Of a stretch of DNA of 40,863 bases, positions 34,722 through 40,863 are shown piece by piece. Position numbers and translations under genes: made by a program. The stretch is from positions 1 through 40,863 of the IMG/VR virus record IMGVR_UViG_3300030397_000743. One strand, written 5' to 3'. Position 1 is the first letter of the stretch. Each line of letters opens with the position of its first letter. The notes below the pieces were generated by a model. It was not told where the DNA came from and searched no databases. It saw only the letters and a list, made by a program, of their open reading frames with translations. The DNA comes from a virus. Lineage: Duplodnaviria > Caudoviricetes.

Positions 34722-35876
34722 ATGGAACGATGGCTAAAATCTAATCCTGTTGCCTTACAGTTCAATTCTGATCAGATAGATCGGGATAATGGCATCATCC
34801 GCGATGTGATCATCGTTGAGGCGGGTGCCGCTAAAGGTCATGGAGTACATCTGGAAGAAAGCTTTATCGAACATCTGATCAATTACGATCAGCAACATTT
34901 CAGCGACACCGGCAACAAGGCCCGCTTCGGTCATCCATCCATGAGTGATTCAACCATGGGTACCCAAATGGGGTATTTCCGCAACTTCCGAAAAGAAGAG
35001 GGGCGCGGTATTGCTGATTTACATTTGCTCAAGTCTGCCGACAAAAGTCCAACCAAACCACAAATGCGGGAATGGATGCTATCCATGGCTGACGAAGCCA
35101 CGGATTTCGTGATGTGCAGCATCGTTTTCAAACCGTCCGGGTATTATCAGTATGACCCGGAAGATGGCAGCCGCGTTGATTTGGAAACCAGTTCATGGGG
35201 TCGGCCACGGGTGAAGTTTGAAAACGAACGGGTGTACGTAGATTTCAACGAAGAGAAAGGAGCGCGCCATTACTATACGGATTTAGTCGAATCCGGGGCC
35301 GCTACCAACAGCCTTTACGGCCAACAATTCAACCAGGATAAATTCGCCGTTCGAACCATCGAATGGCTCCAGGAAAATCCTGATATCCTTCAATTCATTC
35401 GCAGCAATCCGCACAAGATCCTTGAAATGTGCGAATCGCTGGAGATTCCAATTTCCACGAATATGAACCAACCGCAGAACGAGAGGAGTTTCTTCGAGCA
35501 TGTTGCATCTTTTTTTACAGGATCAGCACCCGATGAAGCCCCTGAGAATCGCGTAGAAAAAACCACGCCTGCACCTGAGGCCGTACAGCCTCAGGAAAAC
35601 GCGCTTACAGAAGAGCCGGATACTGATATCAACCAGGACACTCCTGATAGTATCGTTGAAGAGCCGGATACGACCACCAGCGAAGAACGTTTTGCCCAAA
35701 TCGAGGCGAAACTGGCACAACTGCAACAGCAGAACAATCAGCTCAAGCAAGAAAATGAAGAGCTAAGGAAGAAGCCCCAGGCTTCTCCAACCAGCTATAC
35801 CGAAGAAGTTCCCGATGCAGATTCCTCGCATCGATACTTATGTGACACAACAAAGAAGGCAATAAGCCGACGCTAG
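34722..35876 (+). CDS. Prohead protease/scaffold
   Basis: N-domain with AKGHG, KARFGHP, CSIVF and DLVESGAAT; acidic linker and C-terminal coiled coil; precedes the capsid gene. Confidence 0.65.
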   Translation: MERWLKSNPVALQFNSDQIDRDNGIIRDVIIVEAGAAKGHGVHLEESFIEHLINYDQQHFSDTGNKARFGHPSMSDSTMGTQMGYFRNFRKEEGRGIADLHLLKSADKSPTKPQMREWMLSMADEATDFVMCSIVFKPSGYYQYDPEDGSRVDLETSSWGRPRVKFENERVYVDFNEEKGARHYYTDLVESGAATNSLYGQQFNQDKFAVRTIEWLQENPDILQFIRSNPHKILEMCESLEIPISTNMNQPQNERSFFEHVASFFTGSAPDEAPENRVEKTTPAPEAVQPQENALTEEPDTDINQDTPDSIVEEPDTTTSEERFAQIEAKLAQLQQQNNQLKQENEELRKKPQASPTSYTEEVPDADSSHRYLCDTTKKAISRR

Positions 35877-35927
35877 GCCAATGCAGGTCTCATATAATAA
35901 TCCACACAAGTAAAAAGTATAATCATT

Positions 35928-36890
35928 ATGGCTGATATTGTAAACAGGACAGAGTTGCAGGCCATCCGGGACTATGTTCAGGATAACCGGGACGATGTTC
36001 TTGAGCTAGTCATGCGCCAAGCGCCGTCACTGAAATATTTCACTCGCTACGAAGGAGTAATTGGCGAACTATTACTAGAATGGAATGACATTCAGGATGT
36101 AGTCAAACCATGGGCTTGTGATTTTAGCCCTGATCCTGACCTAATTGACCGCAAGCCGATCAGCATCCGAAGCTATTTTCAAAAAGCGGAAGCGCGGTTC
36201 TGCCCCAAAAATGACTTCTTTACCTATAAGGGATACTTGGCTCAGACCAAGCAAAACCCACGAGATTACCCGTATGCCCGCTGGGCTATTGAACACCTCC
36301 TGGCTCCGAAAATTCGTCAGCAACTTGAATTCCAGCAGTTGTTTACCGGGACACGCGTCAACCCTCCTACGGCCGCATCTGAAATGTACGACGGGTTGCT
36401 GACCATAATCGCCGCAGATTTAGCCAGTGGCACACCTATTCTTACTCCAGTAACTACGGGTGTTTTGACTGCTGCGAATATCATTGACCAGGTGGAACAA
36501 ATGGATGATGCCATTGATGAGAAGTATAAAACTTCTATGATGGCAATGCGATGCGCACCAGAAATATTCAAGATGTACCGGCGCGCTTACCGTGCAGCTG
36601 CCGGATTCCACCCTGACAACCCGACCACAAATTCGGAAGACGTTGTTACCGAGATCACTATTGATGGTAGTACGACAAAATTGGTGAGTTGTCCGGGCAT
36701 GACTGGAAGTCAACGGCTGATTCTTACGCCGATCAACAACACGTATTACGCGTATGATGATCCTTCTGATGATCAAGTGTTTGAATTCTTCCAGCAGCAT
36801 CGATACCTGGATATGTGGTGTGACTTCTGGGGTGGCACAGGCTTCCTGATCTTTGATCCCCGCATCTTATATGTCAATGATCAGGCCTAG
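35928..36890 (+). CDS. Major capsid protein (320 aa)
   Basis: Size and position after protease; MYDGLLTII motif typical of HK97-fold capsids. Confidence 0.75.
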   Translation: MADIVNRTELQAIRDYVQDNRDDVLELVMRQAPSLKYFTRYEGVIGELLLEWNDIQDVVKPWACDFSPDPDLIDRKPISIRSYFQKAEARFCPKNDFFTYKGYLAQTKQNPRDYPYARWAIEHLLAPKIRQQLEFQQLFTGTRVNPPTAASEMYDGLLTIIAADLASGTPILTPVTTGVLTAANIIDQVEQMDDAIDEKYKTSMMAMRCAPEIFKMYRRAYRAAAGFHPDNPTTNSEDVVTEITIDGSTTKLVSCPGMTGSQRLILTPINNTYYAYDDPSDDQVFEFFQQHRYLDMWCDFWGGTGFLIFDPRILYVNDQA

Positions 36891-36948
36891 TGCCTGATCA
36901 CTGATTGTTTTATCAAACTCATTGATCAACTGAATAACGACCATAACC

Positions 36949-37254
36949 ATGGCAAATAAGAATCAAAGCTTGGAGGATCAGGTAGCTGAATTACGAGCAC
37001 TCGTTCAGGACCAAGCTACCGTCATCGAAAAGTTACAAGAAGGTGCCGGCCCTTCTCCTAAAAAGGAAAAAGAGAAGCTAGAGACACCGAAGGAAACCTT
37101 CAGCGTAGATGGAAAGAAGTATCGCTTCACTGTACCTAAATACATTGGGGCAGACTCAAATCCATTGTTGGCTGAAGAGGCCCTTAAACAACCGGCTGAA
37201 CTTGAGCGGCTGGTTGCGATCGAGTCCGGGGTCATCACTTTGGCGGGCAAGTAA
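36949..37254 (+). CDS. Small head-associated hypothetical protein (101 aa)
   Basis: N-terminal coiled coil; lies between capsid and tube genes. Confidence 0.7.
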   Translation: MANKNQSLEDQVAELRALVQDQATVIEKLQEGAGPSPKKEKEKLETPKETFSVDGKKYRFTVPKYIGADSNPLLAEEALKQPAELERLVAIESGVITLAGK

Positions 37255-37299
37255 CTACCGACCAGTAACCCAATTTTTCCACCCGCAAACTAATTTAAC

Positions 37300-37833
37300 A
37301 TGAGTGCATTTGATGGAACGTGCTGCGCAGCTTTAGCGGCGATCGCTAAATTTTGTGAAGAGCATTCCCTGGGCCTGGCCTCGTACATTTACATCATTGA
37401 AGCCTGCGATATTACCAGCATCCCGGCAGCCGATGCCGATACCCATACGGTAAGTACTGATATTACGATCGATAGCGGCAAGAACTTCTTCCGCTGGAAA
37501 GTCGGCGGCTCTGCGGAGTTCAATGGTAATTCAACAGGCTCCAAGGGCAACCAAACCTTTCAGAACGTGCTGACCGTCTTTGTGCCGATGAGCCGCGATG
37601 AGGTAAGCTACTTGGCTAACGCTATCATCAATGGAGAATTTGTGGTGGTGTTCGTCGATAAAAACGGCAACAAGCGAATCTTAGGTACTGAGCACAGCCC
37701 GGCCATGATCGCTGAAGGTGGTATCCAGGAGGCAATCACCGAAGATGCCAACGGCCATACGTTCACCTTTGAGAATATGGGCAAAACGCCGCTGCACTAT
37801 ACCGGTGCCGTATCGTTGACACCTGCCGCCTAA
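37300..37833 (+). CDS. Major tail tube protein
   Basis: 177 aa, beta-rich; FVVVFVDKNGNKRILG and PLHYTG motifs. Confidence 0.65.
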   Translation: MSAFDGTCCAALAAIAKFCEEHSLGLASYIYIIEACDITSIPAADADTHTVSTDITIDSGKNFFRWKVGGSAEFNGNSTGSKGNQTFQNVLTVFVPMSRDEVSYLANAIINGEFVVVFVDKNGNKRILGTEHSPAMIAEGGIQEAITEDANGHTFTFENMGKTPLHYTGAVSLTPAA

Positions 37834-37844
37834 TCCAGTAGTTA

Positions 37845-38081
37845 ATGAGTAGAGTACTTCCAAAAGCCCCAGGCTATACCTTTATTGATACTAATCTGGG
37901 GCAACGCTTTTACCGTGATCGGATTTATGATCTGAACAAGATCACTGATCAAGAAATTGATCGGCTACTATCCGAAGATCCAACCTATTGGGAAGGCAAG
38001 TTTGAAAAGGTGCCGGCTCAACCCAAACGAAAAAGAAAGGCCGGTTCGAAAAAGGAAGAAGAAGAAGAAGAAGAAGAATAA
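37845..38081 (+). CDS. Hypothetical protein with basic/poly-Glu tail (78 aa)
   Basis: ORF ends in a GAA run just before a terminator. Confidence 0.65.
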   Translation: MSRVLPKAPGYTFIDTNLGQRFYRDRIYDLNKITDQEIDRLLSEDPTYWEGKFEKVPAQPKRKRKAGSKKEEEEEEEE

Positions 38082-38104
38082 TTCTACCTGCTTTAACATG
38101 ATCT

Positions 38105-38140
38105 AAAAGCCTCAGCGGTATCCTGCTGAGGCTTTTTTAT
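38105..38140 (+). terminator. Intrinsic terminator
   Basis: AAAAGCCTCAGCGG-TATC-CTGCTGAGGCTTTT followed by a T-run. Confidence 0.85.
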
Positions 38141-38177
38141 TTGTCCTATCCTTGGCCTTCAAAGTCCACTATTGTTG
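38139..38177 (+). promoter_or_regulatory. Putative late promoter for the packaging operon
   Basis: GTCCT at 38143; TATTGTTG at 38170 (27 nt); ATG at 38182. Confidence 0.65.
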
Positions 38178-38181
38178 CAAT

Positions 38182-38892
38182 ATGCAAGATTTGCGGACAT
38201 ATCTCCGACTACCTGAAACCGAGCGCCTTTACAGCGATGGTATAAGACTCTTCGAGAAATATGCCATGGAAGCGCACAGCAAGCATTTTTCTAAGTTGAG
38301 CACCGGCCCATTTGCCACCAATCGGGAGGTGTTGTTCCGTTGTCTTCAACAGGCTTTGAAAACTGGTGTGACTCCTATCAAGCGGCCACCTACCATAAAA
38401 GTTCATGCGGCCCCAGCGCCTGCCAACATGGCCCCCACTAATGAAACAGAATTGGAGCTGGTGCTGGCTATTCGTCGACTACGACAAAAACGAATGCAGA
38501 CCAGCCAACAGTTTCACACCTGCGATCGTAGCCCTGCCGGTGACCTTGACCGGGCTGCCATTTGTGACATGCTGGATAGTGTTACCGAGAAAATACGGAA
38601 GAAGGAACAAGACCTGGCCTATGTGAAGCGCTTCGGGAAATTGCCACCAAAGGAAGAAGCTATTGCCTTTGGGCCATTACCTGATACCGAAGAAGAGATC
38701 AAACCGGAGATCAACCGGATGAGCAGTCATATTCTCAAGGTAGAAAAGATGATCGTCCACTTATTAACGCTTCCGGAGAATAACCGCAAGCGAAAGAAGC
38801 TACCCCACCAGCAATTGAAACTTTCCGCACTCGTTTCCAGGCGTTCGGAATTGAGAATCCAACTAAAAGTAATCCAAGCAACCGATGGCTAA
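38182..38892 (+). CDS. Hypothetical basic helical protein upstream of terminases
   Basis: ATG 38182; overlaps the next gene. Confidence 0.7.
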   Translation: MQDLRTYLRLPETERLYSDGIRLFEKYAMEAHSKHFSKLSTGPFATNREVLFRCLQQALKTGVTPIKRPPTIKVHAAPAPANMAPTNETELELVLAIRRLRQKRMQTSQQFHTCDRSPAGDLDRAAICDMLDSVTEKIRKKEQDLAYVKRFGKLPPKEEAIAFGPLPDTEEEIKPEINRMSSHILKVEKMIVHLLTLPENNRKRKKLPHQQLKLSALVSRRSELRIQLKVIQATDG

Positions 38893-39406
38893 ATCATCCA
38901 GTAAAGAATTAAAGCCAATGCCCGCAGAAGTTGCGGAAGTACTAACCAGGGTGGAACGCATCCAGGCGCACTTCAACGATCAGTATCAATTACATGATGA
39001 GGATATTGAATACCTGGATAAGATCAGCACAGTATTTAAAATCATCCATGCGGAGGATGAGCGAGATCTGGCCAGGGGGAAAATCAAACAATTGTATCCG
39101 GACCTGTCCCCCGCTCACATCAAGAATCTGATCGATGACGCCATGGACGTTTTCGGTGACTTCTTCGAAATGAATAGTGATGCCATGCGCATCATCCAGG
39201 AGAAGCGGCACCAACGAGTTTATGAAGCGGCGATGCGGGCCGAAGATTATCCAGCCGCAGGCCGGGCGCTGAAAAGCATCGATCAACTGTATGACCTCTA
39301 TAACCCCAAGAAAACAGGCAGGGCCTCTACCACTAAGCTGCCTTTAGTTCGTCGAACCAGTGACCCAACAGCGCTCAAAAAATTGACGGGAGATGAAGAA
39401 GAGTAA
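38885..39406 (+). CDS. terS: Putative terminase small subunit (173 aa)
   Basis: Helical; directly upstream of and overlapping terL. Confidence 0.55.
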   Translation: MAKSSSKELKPMPAEVAEVLTRVERIQAHFNDQYQLHDEDIEYLDKISTVFKIIHAEDERDLARGKIKQLYPDLSPAHIKNLIDDAMDVFGDFFEMNSDAMRIIQEKRHQRVYEAAMRAEDYPAAGRALKSIDQLYDLYNPKKTGRASTTKLPLVRRTSDPTALKKLTGDEEE

Positions 39407-40846
39407 GGCCCCACAGGAAGTGGAACTCTATTATAATTCCAAGGTATTGGAGTTTTTGGAGATGGTCCGCTCAGTGAAAGTACTAAAGGCTGGCCGGGGT
39501 GCAGGGAAGACCAGGGCGATACCAGAAGACATGCTTGATAGAGCCCATCATCTTCCGCGCTCCCGGCACTTTCTTCTTTCCCTGACCTTTGAAGCCATAG
39601 ACAGCAATATCATGCCGGATGTGCATGATGTGTTTCAATTACACGGCTTGCAACCAGGTATTCATTATGTGGTGGATCAAAAGCCACCCGCTCATTTCCA
39701 AAGACCCTACAAGGATCTGGAAGATTGGAATCATTCGGTGAGCCTGATCAATGGAACCGTATTCCAAAAAATAAGCATGGGCAGGATGCCCAAAAAGAAC
39801 AGGGGCCGAAGCTTTGATGGTGGTATTATTGATGAAGCTTTGAACCTGGATGGCTGGTCAGTGAGGAATATCATCATGCCTACCCTACGGGGCCTCGATC
39901 GCTGGAACGGTAGCCCCTACTGGAAAATGTTATCCATCTACAGCAGCCATCCAAGGACTCCAGAGGGTTCCTGGTTCCTGGTTTATGAAAAGTTGGCTAA
40001 AAGCAACCCTACAAAATATGGATGGGTGGAAGCCACCGCTTTGGATAATCTTCCCGTACTGGGAGAAGATTACATCGACAATCAAAAGGCGACGCTATCC
40101 CATACGGACTTCATGATTGAGATCATGAATAAAGGAGATGTAAAGGATAAGCCCATCCTGTTCTATTACCAGCATGATAATGACAAACATCACTATGTTG
40201 CGGAAGGACTCAGTGATGTAGATCCTAACCTTGGTTTAGAATTGAGCTTCGACTTTGGCGGCCGGTATACTTGCCTGACAACCAGCCAGACCCAGGGCAT
40301 GACAGAAAAATTCGTGCATGAGTTTGACACCAATAGCCTTACCGAAAGAGAGCGGACCAGCGGCCGGGTAAAAAAGCTGCCCGATATCGTTCGGGATTTC
40401 TGCAAGGCCTTCCGCAATCATCCCGTAAAAGTGGTCCGCATCTGGGGAGATCGTACCGGACTAAATCCTAATGAACGGGATGAAGCCAGCAATTACGACA
40501 TCATTCGCGGCATTTTGGAGAAGAACGGCTGGGAGGTAGAGATCATGGTCAGCTATGCCGACAGTGCGCTGCACAACAGCCGCTACAACTTCATGAACAC
40601 CATCTTTGAAGAGAGTATTCTGGATTATCCGCGTATTAAAATCAATGCGCTGACCTGCCCCAATTTGATCGTTAGCCTGGATACCACTAAAGTCACCGAT
40701 GATTTCAAGAAGAATAAGAAGGATGAACGCAATCCAAATTTCAATCAAAGCTACGCTCCTCACTTGACCGATACACTGGATTATAAGATGTTCAACAAGT
40801 ATCTGTATCTGTTGGAAGAAGATGATCAGTATGGCTCCTCCTCCGG
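39393..40846 (+). CDS. terL: Terminase large subunit (3' end cut by the window/primer tag)
   Basis: Read by eye from ATG 39393: Walker A AGRGAGKT, Walker B GGIIDEA, nuclease LSFDFG and HLTDTLDY. Absent from the track because it has no stop codon. Confidence 0.9.
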
Positions 40847-40863
40847 GATCGTGACTGGGAAAC
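40847..40863 (-). other. Random-amplification primer tag (reverse complement)
   Basis: GATCGTGACTGGGAAAC. Confidence 0.93.

Noticed and set aside
36888-37254. Capsid stop read-through into the next ORF
   Set aside because: The next ORF is in a different frame, and the read-through frame stops after about 23 codons.
38055-38078. GAA run as a phase-variable microsatellite
   Set aside because: In-frame triplets encoding a terminal poly-Glu tail; slippage would not shift the frame.
354-40763. Many short antisense or overlapping ORFs in the track
   Set aside because: They are shadows of long, motif-supported genes and have no independent evidence.
253-40846. Alternative genetic code
   Set aside because: Genes are full length under the standard code, and TAA, TAG and TGA all act as stops.

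Overview
The window is a near-complete (~40.7 kb) temperate tailed-phage genome in its excised (attP) form. The host is most likely a Bacteroidota, inferred from TAnnTTTG-type -7 promoters, a YSWKH-type tyrosine integrase and a tRNA-3' att core. Gene order: portal/adaptor/neck/tape measure (253-6985); integrase, attP and an AT-rich exonuclease-BRCT + TPR moron (6982-9663); repressor/Cro switch; a membrane protein; a P4-alpha-like primase-helicase with an iteron origin (12887-16321); HNH and a membrane-anchored CX5R phosphatase; tail-end genes (17636-22750); a structured RNA leader, two DNA methyltransferases, a small-gene cassette array and a tRNA(CAT); holin; a tail-tube paralogue; an SGNH-esterase fibre protein with a signal peptide; protease, capsid and tail tube; terminases (open at the right end). 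Both ends carry the random-amplification primer tag GTTTCCCAGTCACGATC, and bases 20-147 are a chimeric inverted copy of 4448-4575. The strongest unexplained signals are: a fixed-spacing TGTCCT late-promoter network joining scattered structural modules, a candidate ~85-105 nt sRNA before the primase, a switch-like RNA leader at 22794-23225, an exported fibre/esterase module, a conserved cassette-junction motif, and no recognisable endolysin. All product calls come from reading motifs by eye; no database searches were run.
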